The notes: a model not told the origin generated them from the sequence alone. A stretch of 64,000 bases of DNA from an uncultured Thermoleophilaceae bacterium (GCA_963722705.1 CAVRNY010000006.1:631440-695439); one strand, 5' to 3'. Counted from the stretch's first letter, positions 1 to 11,670 are shown. Made by a program: numbers and translations.

Positions 1-665
1 GCGTCGCCGCGACGCTCGACGCGCTGGCGGGCGAGGCGGACCGCGTCCGGATCGCCGCCGAGGTCGTGCACCCCATCCATCACCACCTGATCGCCGCCGT
101 TCCGCTCGAGCTCACGGACGTCACGCGCGTGCTCTCCCACCCGCAGGCCACCGCGCAGTGCGGGAATTTCCTGCGTGAGCGGCTGCCGGACGCCGAGCGG
201 GTCCCGGCCACCTCCACAGCCGAGGCCGTGCGCACCGTGCGCGACTCGGGCGAGCCGTGGGTCGCGCTCGGCTCCCGGCTGTCCGCGAAGCTGTACGGAT
301 GCGAGGTCCTGGCGGACCGTGTCGAGGACCGCTCGGACAACCTCACCCGCTTCGTATGGCTCGCGCCGGCGGGCGGGACCGCCGCTCCCGTGGAGGGATT
401 CGCGAAGACCTCGGTGGTCTTCTGGGGGTTCAACGACGCCTCGCCCGGCGCGCTCGTGTCGGTGCTGCGCGAGCTGGCCGACCGCGACATCAACCTCACC
501 AAGATCGAGTCCCGCCCGCGGCGGGTGGCGCTCGGGCACTACATGTTCTTCGCGGACCTCGACGGGCACGAGCGGGATCCGCACGTGGCCGAGGCGCTCG
601 AGGCGCTCTCAAAGAGGGTGGAGACGCTGCGGGTGCTCGGCTCCTACCCAGCTTGGACGGGGTGA
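1..665 (+). CDS. pheA: Prephenate dehydratase, C-terminal portion (5' end outside the window)
   Basis: The frame of track ORF 66..665 stays open back to base 3. PDT-domain motif TRVLSHPQATAQC is followed by ACT-domain motif NLTKIESRPRR...GHYMFFADLDGH. Confidence 0.85.
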   Translation, partial: VAATLDALAGEADRVRIAAEVVHPIHHHLIAAVPLELTDVTRVLSHPQATAQCGNFLRERLPDAERVPATSTAEAVRTVRDSGEPWVALGSRLSAKLYGCEVLADRVEDRSDNLTRFVWLAPAGGTAAPVEGFAKTSVVFWGFNDASPGALVSVLRELADRDINLTKIESRPRRVALGHYMFFADLDGHERDPHVAEALEALSKRVETLRVLGSYPAWTG

Positions 666-688
666 TCGCTCGCTAAACTCCCCGGACC

Positions 689-1300
689 GTGGCGGCCAGG
701 TCCCAAGCGGTTTCAGCGGCATCCGAGGCTGGTGAGTCCGACCCAGCCCCACTCAGCGCGCTGCCGGGAGGCCGCCCCGGCCGGCGCGTCACGTCATCAG
801 GCCGCGTCCTCGTGCTCAACGCCTCCTACGAGCCGATCAACGTCTGCACGGTCCGGCGCGCCGCCGTCCTGATCCTGAAGGACCGCGCGGAGATCCTCGA
901 GCACGGCGACTGGGCGCTTCACGCCGAGACCATCACGCTCCCCAGGCCGACGGTCATCCGGCTCAAGACCTACGTGAAGATCCCCCGCGACGCGCACCGG
1001 CGCAAGATCACCAGGCGGGCCGTGTTCGCGCGTGACCGCTGGACCTGCCAGTACTGCGGGCAGGAGCGCGGGAACCTCACCGTCGACCACGTGATCCCGC
1101 GCTCCAAGGGGGGCGGGTCCGGATGGGACAACATCGTGACCTGCTGCGCGCCGTGCAACCGGCGCAAGGGGGACCGGCTGCCAAAGCAGGCGAACATGGT
1201 GCCTCGGCGCGCGCCGAGGGAGCCCACCGCCACGATCTTCATCCACGTCGCCACCCCGGTGATCCCTCACGCCTGGGAGCAGTATCTCGTCGCCGCCTGA
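689..1300 (+). CDS. HNH endonuclease family protein
   Basis: Track ORF of 203 aa. HNH/zinc motif CQYCG...LTVDHVIPRSKGG...WDNIVTCCAPCNRRKG. The N-terminal region VLVLNASYEPINVCTVRRA is typical of small actinobacterial HNH proteins. The true start may be internal. Confidence 0.8.
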   Translation: MAARSQAVSAASEAGESDPAPLSALPGGRPGRRVTSSGRVLVLNASYEPINVCTVRRAAVLILKDRAEILEHGDWALHAETITLPRPTVIRLKTYVKIPRDAHRRKITRRAVFARDRWTCQYCGQERGNLTVDHVIPRSKGGGSGWDNIVTCCAPCNRRKGDRLPKQANMVPRRAPREPTATIFIHVATPVIPHAWEQYLVAA

Positions 1301-1304
1301 CCCT

Positions 1305-1754
1305 GTGGAGGGGGATGGCGCACCGGTCTCGGACGAGGCGCCCGTCACGCGGGACGACCTGGGGGCCGTGCGTCGCTGGGTCGTCGTCGCGGGGGTCTGG
1401 GCGATCGCGGCGACCGCGGTGGCGCTGATCGCGCTGCTCGACAACTCGGGGGACGACGCCTCGAAGCGCGCCGGCAGCGCCGAGGACCAGATCGAACGGG
1501 TCGAGCGCGAGCTCGACGGGCGCATCGACGACCTCGAGGCCCAGCTCAAGGACCTGCCGCAGTCCGCAGACGTGTCGAAGCTCGAGGACCGCCTGGCCAA
1601 GGCCGAGAAGGACGCCTCCGCCGCGGCCCGCGACGCCAAGAGCGCCGAGGACACGGCCACGGACCTCGAGGACCGCGTCGAGACGCTGGAGGACGACGCC
1701 GCCGCCGGCGGCGACTCGGGCTCGGGCGACGGCGGCACGGACACCACTCCCTAG
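1305..1754 (+). CDS. Hypothetical membrane-anchored coiled-coil protein
   Basis: Track ORF of 149 aa. One hydrophobic helix (VVVAGVWAIAATAVALIALL) is followed by an E/D/A/K-rich helical region. No family recognised. Confidence 0.5.
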   Translation: MEGDGAPVSDEAPVTRDDLGAVRRWVVVAGVWAIAATAVALIALLDNSGDDASKRAGSAEDQIERVERELDGRIDDLEAQLKDLPQSADVSKLEDRLAKAEKDASAAARDAKSAEDTATDLEDRVETLEDDAAAGGDSGSGDGGTDTTP

Positions 1755-1771
1755 GGCGCGACCGGAACGAC

Positions 1772-1797
1772 GAGGGGCGCCCCGTAGGACGCCCCTC
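1772..1797. terminator. GC-rich hairpin between convergent genes (candidate bidirectional terminator)
   Basis: Perfect 8-bp stem GAGGGGCG/CGCCCCTC with a 10-nt loop, 18 nt after the stop at 1754. It is followed by the weakly T-rich tract ttcgtttct. Confidence 0.45.
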
Positions 1798-2025
1798 GCC
1801 ACATTCGTTTCTGGACCTGCCGGGCGTGGTGCCTCGGGCGCTTTCGCCCGGGCCGGAGGGACTAAGTCCGGCCTCCACTCCCGACGGTGTCACGGTTGGA
1901 CTCCGCTTGACGGGGTCCAGCATCCGGTCTAGCGGCCGGACACCTCCAGAGTCCCGCAATGTCTGTCAGTCAAGCTAGGACCACCTCCTTTCCCTGGTGA
2001 GGCGAAACTAGCAGACCCAACGGCG

Positions 2026-4587
2026 CTACTCGTCCCCCTCGACGGGCGGGTCTTCCGGGGCGTCCACCTCGACGATCGGCTCGAGCCCGTCGGCCTCGCC
2101 CTGCACGACCGCGGAGGTGTCCGCCTCGTCCTCCATGACGAGCGCGACGGCGCTGACCATGTCGTCCTCTCGCAGGTTCATCACTCGGACGCCCTGGGCG
2201 GGACGGCCCTGCTTGGAGATGCCCTTGACGCCGGTGCGCTGCACCATCCCGCTCTGGGAGATGAAGACGAGGTCCTGGTGGTCGCGCACGATCAGTGCGC
2301 CCGCCACGCCGCCCTTCCTCTCGGTCAGCCCGATCGTCTTGACGCCCATCGCGCCGCGTCCCTTGACGGGGTACTCCTCGATCGGAGTGCGCTTGCCGTA
2401 GCCGTTCTCGGTGACCACCAGCAGCTCGGTGTCGGGCTGCACCACGTCCATGGCCAGCACGCAGTTGTCCCCGCGTGAGACGTTCATGCCCCGCACGCCG
2501 CCGGTGTCGCGGCCCATCGGCCGAGTCTGCTCCTCGGAGAACCGGGCAGCCTGACCCGAGCGCGAGACCATGATGATGTCCTCCTCGCCGCTCGTCCTGC
2601 GCACCGCCACGAGCTCATCGTCGTCGCGGATGTTGATGGCGATGATCCCGTCCGCCTTGATCGGCGTGTTGTAGGCCAGGAACTCGGTCTTCTTGATCTG
2701 GCCCTTCTTGGTGGCGAACACCAGGTACTTGCCCTCGGTGAAGTCGCGCGTGGAGAGCACCGCCTTCACGAACTCGCCGTCGCGGAGCGGAAGCAGGTTC
2801 ACCAGCGCGCGCCCCTTCGCCGTGCGGCCGGCCTCGGGCAGCTCGTAGACCTTCTGCCGGTAGATCTTGCCCCGGTTGGTGAAGAACAGGAGGTAGTCGT
2901 GGGTCGAGCACACGAAGAGGTGCTCGATGTAGTCCTCGTCCTTCATGTCCATCCCCGTGACGCCCACGCCGCCGCGGTGCTGCTTGCGGTAGGTGTCCAG
3001 CGGCAGGCGCTTGATGTACCCCGACCTGGTGATCGCGATGACCATCTGCTGGTCGGCGATCAGGTCCTCGATGTCGATGTCGTCCTCGGAGTGGGTGATC
3101 TCCGTGCGCCGCGGGTTTGCGTAAGCGTGCTTGATCTCCAGCAGCTCCTCCTTGATCAGGTCGCGCACCCGCTGTTCGTCGCCGAGGATCTCGCGGAGCT
3201 CCTTGATTCGCTCGATCACCTCGTCGTGCTCGGCCTGGATCTTGTCCGCCTCGAGAGCGGTGAGCCGCTGGAGCCTCAGGTCGAGGATCGCCTGCGCCTG
3301 GATCCGGGACAGCTCGAACTTGTCCATCAGCCCGTCGCGAGCGGCGTCGGGATCGCGCGAGGCGCGGATCAGCTCGATCACCGCGTCGATGTCGGCAATG
3401 GCCAGGAGTAGTCCCTCGAGGATGTGCAGGCGCGCCTCGCGCTGGCGCAGCTCGTGCTTGGTCCGCCTGACGACCACCTCGCGCTGGTGGTTGAAGTACT
3501 CCGAGATCAGCCGCTTCAGGGGGAGCGTCTGCGGGACGCCGTCCACCAGGGCGACGGTGTTCACGCCGAAGGCCGTCTGCAGCGGCGTGTGCTTGTAGAG
3601 GTTGTTCAGCACGACCTTCGGGATCGCGTCGCGTTTCAGCTCGATGATCAGCCGCGTCCCCGACTTGTCCGACTCGTCGCGCAGGTCGGAGATCCCCTTG
3701 ACGCGGTCGCTCTGCACGACCTCCGCGATCTTCTTGATCAGTCCGGAGCCGTCGTTGCGCCCGTCGCCCTTTGACACCTGGTAGGGCATCTCGGTGACCA
3801 CGATCCGCTCCTTGCCCTGCTGCATCGGCTCGATGTGGGCCCGCGCCCGGATGACCACGCGGCCGCGGCCGGTCTCGTAGGCGTCCTTGATGCCCTGCCA
3901 GCCGACGATGAAGCCGCCGGTCGGGAAGTCGGGGCCCTTGATGTGCTTCATCAGCCCCGCGACCTCGATCGCGGGGTCGTCGATGTAGGCGACGGTGGCG
4001 TCGATCGCCTCGCCCAGGTTGTGCGGCGGGATGTTCGTGGCCATGCCGACCGCGATGCCGGCCGAGCCGTTCACCAGCAGGTTCGGGAACCGCGACGGGA
4101 GCACCGACGGCTCCAGCCGGGTGTCGTCGTAGTTGGGCGTGAAGTCGACGGTGTCCGCGTCGATGTCGCGGAGCATCTCCGTGGCGAGCTTCGCCAGGCG
4201 CGCCTCCGTGTAGCGCATCGCGGCGGCCGGATCGTTGTCGATCGAGCCGAAGTTGCCCTGGCCGTCCACGAGCGGCTCGCGCATCGCGAAGTCCTGGGCG
4301 AGGCGCACGAGCGCGTCGTAGATCGCGGAGTCGCCGTGCGGATGGAAGTTGCCCATCACGCCGCCGACGACGTTCGCGCACTTGCGGTAGGGACGGTTGG
4401 GCTGCAGCCCCGACTCGTGCATCGAGTAGAGCACGCGCCTGTGCACCGGCTTCAGCCCGTCGCGGACGTCCGGCAGCGCGCGCCCCACGATCACGCTCAT
4501 CGCGTAGTCGAGGTACGAGCTGCGCATCTCCTCCTCGAGCCCGCGGGGCTCGATATGGCCGCCTGAGAGTGTCTCCACGCCTGCCAT
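2026..4587 (-). CDS. gyrA: DNA gyrase subunit A
   Basis: Intact 853-aa ORF. Active-site region [13 protein letters not shown] and QRLTALE are present, with C-terminal beta-pinwheel repeats. It directly follows gyrB with no gap. Confidence 0.97.
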   Translation of the reverse strand: MAGVETLSGGHIEPRGLEEEMRSSYLDYAMSVIVGRALPDVRDGLKPVHRRVLYSMHESGLQPNRPYRKCANVVGGVMGNFHPHGDSAIYDALVRLAQDFAMREPLVDGQGNFGSIDNDPAAAMRYTEARLAKLATEMLRDIDADTVDFTPNYDDTRLEPSVLPSRFPNLLVNGSAGIAVGMATNIPPHNLGEAIDATVAYIDDPAIEVAGLMKHIKGPDFPTGGFIVGWQGIKDAYETGRGRVVIRARAHIEPMQQGKERIVVTEMPYQVSKGDGRNDGSGLIKKIAEVVQSDRVKGISDLRDESDKSGTRLIIELKRDAIPKVVLNNLYKHTPLQTAFGVNTVALVDGVPQTLPLKRLISEYFNHQREVVVRRTKHELRQREARLHILEGLLLAIADIDAVIELIRASRDPDAARDGLMDKFELSRIQAQAILDLRLQRLTALEADKIQAEHDEVIERIKELREILGDEQRVRDLIKEELLEIKHAYANPRRTEITHSEDDIDIEDLIADQQMVIAITRSGYIKRLPLDTYRKQHRGGVGVTGMDMKDEDYIEHLFVCSTHDYLLFFTNRGKIYRQKVYELPEAGRTAKGRALVNLLPLRDGEFVKAVLSTRDFTEGKYLVFATKKGQIKKTEFLAYNTPIKADGIIAINIRDDDELVAVRRTSGEEDIIMVSRSGQAARFSEEQTRPMGRDTGGVRGMNVSRGDNCVLAMDVVQPDTELLVVTENGYGKRTPIEEYPVKGRGAMGVKTIGLTERKGGVAGALIVRDHQDLVFISQSGMVQRTGVKGISKQGRPAQGVRVMNLREDDMVSAVALVMEDEADTSAVVQGEADGLEPIVEVDAPEDPPVEGDE

Positions 4588-7098
<2,511 letters not shown>

Positions 7099-7221
7099 TT
7101 AGCAGAATACCCCTCGGGCCGGACGCAGTCCGGTGCTACAAAAGGCCTGCAAATCGCCACAAAATCGGTACATCAGCGACGGTAGGGTTTCCCTCTGTTA
7201 CGGAACCCGCCGGGAACGCGC

Positions 7222-7530
7222 TCAGGACACCCCGCCGACGCGGAAGCGGAGGGCCGTGACGCGGCCCGGCGCGGCGGCCCCGAGGGCGTCGTTCAGGCGG
7301 TCGAGCAGGTCGGGCGCGAGCAGCTCCAGCTCGTTCGCCCAGGTCGCCGAGCCGCAGTTGATCGTGAGGGTCCCGCCGCGCTCGGCCACCGGCGAGGACT
7401 CCGCCGCCACGGCCGCGCCGGCGGCCTCCGGCCAGCAGGCCTGGACGCGCGCCAGCAGCGTGGCGGGCGCGGCCTCGCGCGTGTAGTCGCCGAGGGCCGA
7501 CGCCAGCGGCCGCGGGCCGGGGCGCCTCAT
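7222..7530 (-). CDS. DUF721 domain protein (DciA-type, recF-gyrB linked)
   Basis: 102-aa reading from ATG 7530, inside the longer spurious track ORF 7222..8208. ATGA overlap with the recF stop. DUF721-like pattern W..AAG..VA..S.P....GGTLTI.C.S.TWA.EL. It occupies the classic slot between recF and gyrB. Confidence 0.8.
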   Translation of the reverse strand: MRRPGPRPLASALGDYTREAAPATLLARVQACWPEAAGAAVAAESSPVAERGGTLTINCGSATWANELELLAPDLLDRLNDALGAAAPGRVTALRFRVGGVS

Positions 7531-8639
7531 ATCGTGACCTCCTCGGCGTCCGGCAGCACATGGCCGTCGGCCACCTCGAACACGCTCACGTCCGCGTCCG
7601 CGGCGCCGGGCACATGGTCCAGGTCCGTGGTCGTGAGCAGCGCCTGACCGCCGTCCGAGAGCAGGTCGGCGAGCAGCGCGCGGCGGGAGGCGTCGAGCTC
7701 GGACATCACGTCGTCGAGAAGCATGAGCGGCGGGCGCGAGCGCTGGTCCGCGAGGAGATCGCGCTCGGCGAAGAGGAGCGCGAGGACCGCCGTGCGCTGC
7801 TGGCCCTGCGAGCCGTAGTTGCGCAGCGGGCCCGCGCCGTGGGCCAGCGCGAGATCGTCCCTGTGCGGGCCGTGCGCGGTGAAGCCGCGCTCGATGTCGG
7901 CCGCGTGGCGCTCCTCGAGCTCCGCCGCCAGGCCCTCCGCGTCGCTCGCGGCCGACCGCGGGCGGTAGCCCAGGGTGGGGCGCTCGGGCAGCCCGAGCGC
8001 CCCGGCGCGCGCCTCGAACATGGGCGCCAGCAGCGAGACGACCTCGGCGCGGTCCGCCATCAGCTGCGCCCCGTGGCGCGACAGCTCGGCGTCCCAGGGG
8101 GCCAGTGCGGCGGGCGAGCCGCCGCCGCCCCGTAGCCGGCCCAGGAGCGCGTTGCGCTGGGCGAGCGCGCGCGAGTAGGCGCTGCGCGTCTCGGCGCGCG
8201 CCGGCCACACGGCTGCAACAAGGCTGTCGAGATGCGCCCGCCGGGAGGATGGGGCGCCCTTCACCAGCTCGAGGCGCTCCGGTAGGAACACCGCGAGGAG
8301 CGGGCGGACGGCGGTTGCCGACAGGCTGTCCACAGCCGCGTCGTCGACCCGCAGCGCCTTCTGCGCCCCGGGCTCGAGCCCAACCTCGATGAGGTGGGCA
8401 TCCCCCTCCTCTCCCTGCGTGGAGACCGTTACCCGGGTCACCCGCTCGCCGCGGCGCACGAGCTCGCGGTCGTTCGAGGTCCGCGGCGAGCGGCCCGTAC
8501 AGCCGAAGTAGACGGCCTCGAGGATGTTCGTCTTGCCCGCCCCGTTGGGCCCGGCGATCACGGTCAGGGCCGGTGCGAGATGGACCTCGGCCTCCGCGTA
8601 GTTGCGGAAGTCACGCAGGGTGGCCGCCGTGACCCGCAC
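7527..8639 (-). CDS. recF: DNA replication and repair protein RecF
   Basis: Intact 370-aa ORF. Walker A GPNGAGKTN, Walker B region PPLMLLDDVMSELD. Position is dnaN-recF. Confidence 0.95.
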   Translation of the reverse strand: MRVTAATLRDFRNYAEAEVHLAPALTVIAGPNGAGKTNILEAVYFGCTGRSPRTSNDRELVRRGERVTRVTVSTQGEEGDAHLIEVGLEPGAQKALRVDDAAVDSLSATAVRPLLAVFLPERLELVKGAPSSRRAHLDSLVAAVWPARAETRSAYSRALAQRNALLGRLRGGGGSPAALAPWDAELSRHGAQLMADRAEVVSLLAPMFEARAGALGLPERPTLGYRPRSAASDAEGLAAELEERHAADIERGFTAHGPHRDDLALAHGAGPLRNYGSQGQQRTAVLALLFAERDLLADQRSRPPLMLLDDVMSELDASRRALLADLLSDGGQALLTTTDLDHVPGAADADVSVFEVADGHVLPDAEEVTI

Positions 8640-8652
8640 GGGCCGTCCGCGG

Positions 8653-9762
8653 TCAGACGTTCAGCCGGATCGGCATGACGAGGTAGATGAACCCGCCGTC
8701 GTCGCCCGACTGGATCAGGCCCGGCCTGAGCGGGCTGATCAGCTTGAGCACGAGCTCCTCCGTCTCCGCGCTCTCCAGGCCGTCGCGGAAGAACTCCGGG
8801 TTGAAGCCGATCTCGAGCGGTTCGCCCTTGAACGGAACGGGCAGCGACTCTGACGCCTCCCCCACGTCCGGCGTCTGGGCGGACACCTCTAGAGCGCCCT
8901 CGCTGAACGCGAGCTTCAGGGGCGCGTTCTTCTGGGCGAGCAGGCTGATCCGCCGCACGACCTCGAGCAGCTCGCCGCGCTCGACGCGGAGCTCGTGCTC
9001 GTAGGCCTCCGGCAGCAGCTGCTGGTAGTTCGGGAATCGACCTTCGACCAGGCGCGAGGAGAGCACCACGTCGCCGGCGGCGAAGATCACCTGGTTCTCC
9101 AGAGCGGTCACGTTGATCTGCTCGGCCCCGTTGGCCGCGGCCACGCGGCTCAGCTCCTGCAGGGCCCGTGCCGGCACGTTGGCCTCGAGCGCCCCGTCGA
9201 GCGCCGGCTCGAGCGTCGTCTCCTTAACGGAGAGCCGGTAGGAGTCGGTCGCCACCATCCGCAGATCGCTTCCGGACGCGGTCACCAGCACGCCGGTGAG
9301 ATGCGGCCGCGTCTCGTCCCGCGACGCGGAGCGCGCGACTCGAGAGATCGTCTCGATGAACGCCGCCGCCGGGACGGCGAGCGCCGCCGAGTCATCCGCG
9401 CTGGGGAGCTTCGGGAAGTCGTCGAGTGGCAGGGTGCGGAGGTGGAACTTGGCCGAGCCCGAGACGACCTCCAGGTCCTGCTGCGCGGAGCGGTACTCGA
9501 GCGATACGGAGTCCTTGGGCAGAGACCGGGCGACGTCGAGCAAGAGACGCCCGGGCACCACCACCGCGCCGGGTGCCGCGATCTCCGCGTCGAGCGACGC
9601 ACGGATGCCGAGGTCGGTGTCGGTCGCCTGGAGCTCGGCCCGTCCTTCGTCGAGCTTGATCAGGACGCCGGCGAGCGTCTGGATGGCACTGCGGGTCGAA
9701 GCGGCTCGCGCAACGACGGACAGCTGGGCCAGGAGCGTTTCACGGGAAACGGTGAGCTTCAA
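8653..9762 (-). CDS. dnaN: DNA polymerase III beta sliding clamp
   Basis: Intact 369-aa ORF with a TTG start (MKLTVSRETLL...) and beta-clamp length. It follows dnaA. Confidence 0.95.
   Translation of the reverse strand: MKLTVSRETLLAQLSVVARAASTRSAIQTLAGVLIKLDEGRAELQATDTDLGIRASLDAEIAAPGAVVVPGRLLLDVARSLPKDSVSLEYRSAQQDLEVVSGSAKFHLRTLPLDDFPKLPSADDSAALAVPAAAFIETISRVARSASRDETRPHLTGVLVTASGSDLRMVATDSYRLSVKETTLEPALDGALEANVPARALQELSRVAAANGAEQINVTALENQVIFAAGDVVLSSRLVEGRFPNYQQLLPEAYEHELRVERGELLEVVRRISLLAQKNAPLKLAFSEGALEVSAQTPDVGEASESLPVPFKGEPLEIGFNPEFFRDGLESAETEELVLKLISPLRPGLIQSGDDGGFIYLVMPIRLNV
9736..9751. promoter_or_regulatory. parS-like centromere site (cGTTTCACGGGAAACg) inside the 5' end of dnaN
   Basis: The 14-nt core GTTTCACGGGAAAC differs from the palindromic parS core GTTTCACGTGAAAC at one central position. 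It sits within a 19-mer (9733..9751) identical to 13887..13905. Confidence 0.7.
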
Positions 9763-9901
9763 CGAGATTCAGTCCAGTCTAAGAAGAGGGAGTAGGGGTT
9801 GTGGAGATGTGTGGGAGGCGCCGGGAACCGCTTTGGCGAGCGCGTGCCGGAGCCTCGAAGTTTGTGGAGAGCGCTGTTGATTCTTACACTCGCCGCGGAG
9901 G
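9763..9901. promoter_or_regulatory. Candidate oriC segment (dnaA-dnaN spacer) with DnaA-box-like 9-mers
   Basis: The identical 9-mer TTGTGGAGA occurs at 9799..9807 and 9862..9870. The overlapping boxes TGTGGAGAT and TGTGGAGAG match TGTGGATAA at 7 of 9 positions. A weaker TGTGGGAGG lies next to the first box. A lower-GC stretch gctgttgattcttacact is at 9873..9890. Confidence 0.55.
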
Positions 9902-11263
9902 TCACCGGGCGCCCTCCAGGTCCCGCCGCAGGCTCTCCACAGTCATAGCGAGCTCCGGATCGTGGCGAACGTCGCCGGCGATGCTGCGTACGGCGGAGAG
10001 CACCGTCGTGTGGTCCCTACCGCCAAACCCACGGCCGATCTCGGGAAGGCTCTGATCTGTGAGCTCGCGTGCGAGGTACATCGCGACCTTGCGAGCGCGA
10101 GCGACCTGCGGGCGGCGATCCCGCGCCATCAGCTCCGATGCCTCGAGGCCGAATTGATTCGCTGTCACGTTCACGATCGCGGCGACCGTGCAGGGCTCGG
10201 CGGGGCTGGCCGGCCGCAGGCGCTTGAGAAGCCGCCGCGCGAGCTCGGGCGTCGCCGCCTCTCCACGCAGCGACGCATAGGCCACTACCTGGATCAGCGC
10301 GGCCTCGAGCGCCCGCACGCTGGTGTCCACCCGGCCGGCGATCTCGTCGAGGAGGTCGGGCCCCGCCTCCACCGCATCGAGACGCGCGCGCTTCTCGAGG
10401 ATCGCCCTCCTCACGTGCAGGTCCGGCGGGTCGAGGCCGACGACCAGGCCCGATGCGAACCGCTCGCCCAGGCGCTCCTCGAGCCCGTCGATGTCGTCCG
10501 GGACGCGATCGCAGGTCATCACCAGCTGGCGTCCGGTATCGCGGAGGGCGTTGAACGTATGGAAGAGCTCCTCCTCGGTGCGGGCCTTGTCCGCCAGGAA
10601 CTGCACGTCGTCGAGGAGCAGGACGTCCACGCCGCGGAACCGGTCCTTGAAGGCCGCGGTGTCCCGAATCCGGACGGCGGAGACGAACTCGGTCGTGAAC
10701 TCCTCGACGGTCGAGTACCGCACGCGGAGCCCCGAGCCGAAGCGCGAGATGTAGTTCCCGACGGCGTGCAGGAGATGAGTCTTGCCCAGCCCCGGCCGGC
10801 CGTGGATGAAGAGCGGGTTGTACGCCTGGCCGGGCAGCTCGGCCACGGCGAGCGCCGCCGCGTGCGCGAAGCGGTTGCCCCGGCCGATCACGAACTGCTC
10901 GAAGGTGTACTTCGGGTTCAGCCGCTCGGCCATGGGAGGCTCCGTGATCATCACGGGACTCACCCCGTCCGGCGCCAGGGGCCAGTCCGACGCCACGATC
11001 TCGACCACGGCGTCATCGCGGTAGCCGCGTGTCGCCGCCGCGCGGAGGACGGGGAGGTATCGGTCGCGCACCCAGCTGCGGATGTGATCCGGCGCGCGCA
11101 CGAACAGCGTGCGCTGCTCGGCGGCCGCCAGCTCGAGCGGGTCGAGCCAGATGTGAAAGGTGAAGTCGGGAACTTCGCGACGTAGCTCGTCACGAACGGC
11201 GTTCCAGATTTCCTCGAGTGGTGGCAAGCGGACGTGCACACACGACCGCGGCTGCGCGGCCAT
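9902..11263 (-). CDS. dnaA: Chromosomal replication initiator protein DnaA
   Basis: Intact 453-aa ORF. Walker A GRPGLGKTHLL, Walker B VLLLDDVQF, C-terminal DNA-binding region GFGGRDHTTVLSAV. The start could instead be an internal GTG (VHVRLPPLEEIW). Confidence 0.95.
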   Translation of the reverse strand: MAAQPRSCVHVRLPPLEEIWNAVRDELRREVPDFTFHIWLDPLELAAAEQRTLFVRAPDHIRSWVRDRYLPVLRAAATRGYRDDAVVEIVASDWPLAPDGVSPVMITEPPMAERLNPKYTFEQFVIGRGNRFAHAAALAVAELPGQAYNPLFIHGRPGLGKTHLLHAVGNYISRFGSGLRVRYSTVEEFTTEFVSAVRIRDTAAFKDRFRGVDVLLLDDVQFLADKARTEEELFHTFNALRDTGRQLVMTCDRVPDDIDGLEERLGERFASGLVVGLDPPDLHVRRAILEKRARLDAVEAGPDLLDEIAGRVDTSVRALEAALIQVVAYASLRGEAATPELARRLLKRLRPASPAEPCTVAAIVNVTANQFGLEASELMARDRRPQVARARKVAMYLARELTDQSLPEIGRGFGGRDHTTVLSAVRSIAGDVRHDPELAMTVESLRRDLEGAR

Positions 11264-11404
11264 CCCGGCGTGCTTATGGAGGCGGGGAAGAGACCGGCGG
11301 CGACGACCACCAAACGGCCTCGGAAAGGCGAGTGTACAGGCGCCACGACGCTGGTTGGCCGCGCAGGAAGAGCCAGGGAAAACGATCGCGCAAATCGCGA
11401 GAAA

Positions 11405-11497
11405 GTTGCCAGTTGCTAGTTGCCAGTTGCTAGGCCGCTATCGCGGCACCCGAGCGCCACCTCGCTAGCAACTAGCACTCCAGCACTAACAACTAGG
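11405..11497. repeat. Inverted arrays of GTTGCYA / TAGCAAC heptamers in the dnaA-rpmH divergent spacer
   Basis: Left arm 11405..11432 is a perfect 14-bp tandem duplication (GTTGCCAGTTGCTA x2). Right arm 11466..11496 reads TAGCAAC TAGCACT CCAGCAC TAACAAC TAG in the opposite orientation. The arms are about 30 bp apart. Confidence 0.6.
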
Positions 11498-11535
11498 CCC
11501 CTATACTCCGCCCTCTTCCCAGCGCGGCCCAAGCC

Positions 11536-11670
11536 ATGAAACGCACTTACCAACCCAAGAAGCGCAAGCGCGCCCGTACGCACGGATTCCGCGCGCGCAT
11601 GCGGACCCGCGGCGGCCGCCGCGCCCTGCGGCGCCGCCGAAGCAAGGGCCGCCGCCGGCTCACTCCCTAG
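11536..11670 (+). CDS. rpmH: 50S ribosomal protein L34
   Basis: Absent from the ORF track because it is only 44 aa. ATG 11536, [47 protein letters not shown] 11668..11670. Canonical position before rnpA. Confidence 0.95.
   Translation: MKRTYQPKKRKRARTHGFRARMRTRGGRRALRRRRSKGRRRLTP

Noticed and set aside
1978-1993. 16S rRNA 3'-end-like sequence as a fragment of an rRNA operon
   Set aside because: Only about 16 nt match. There is no adjacent 16S body, ITS or tRNA context. It is discussed as an SD or anti-SD-like element in the gyrA-downstream finding.
7154-7162. DnaA-box-like TGTGGCGAT (minus strand) in the lower-GC gyrB upstream region
   Set aside because: It matches the consensus at only 6 of 9 positions and is a single copy. 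That is insufficient to call a DnaA site.
11405-11497. Heptamer arrays (also at 14593..14619 and 54858..54898) as a CRISPR array or minisatellite
   Set aside because: The units are 6 to 7 nt with no spacers, and the total length is 27 to 93 bp. No cas genes are present. They are treated as short regulatory or insulator-type repeats, not CRISPR.
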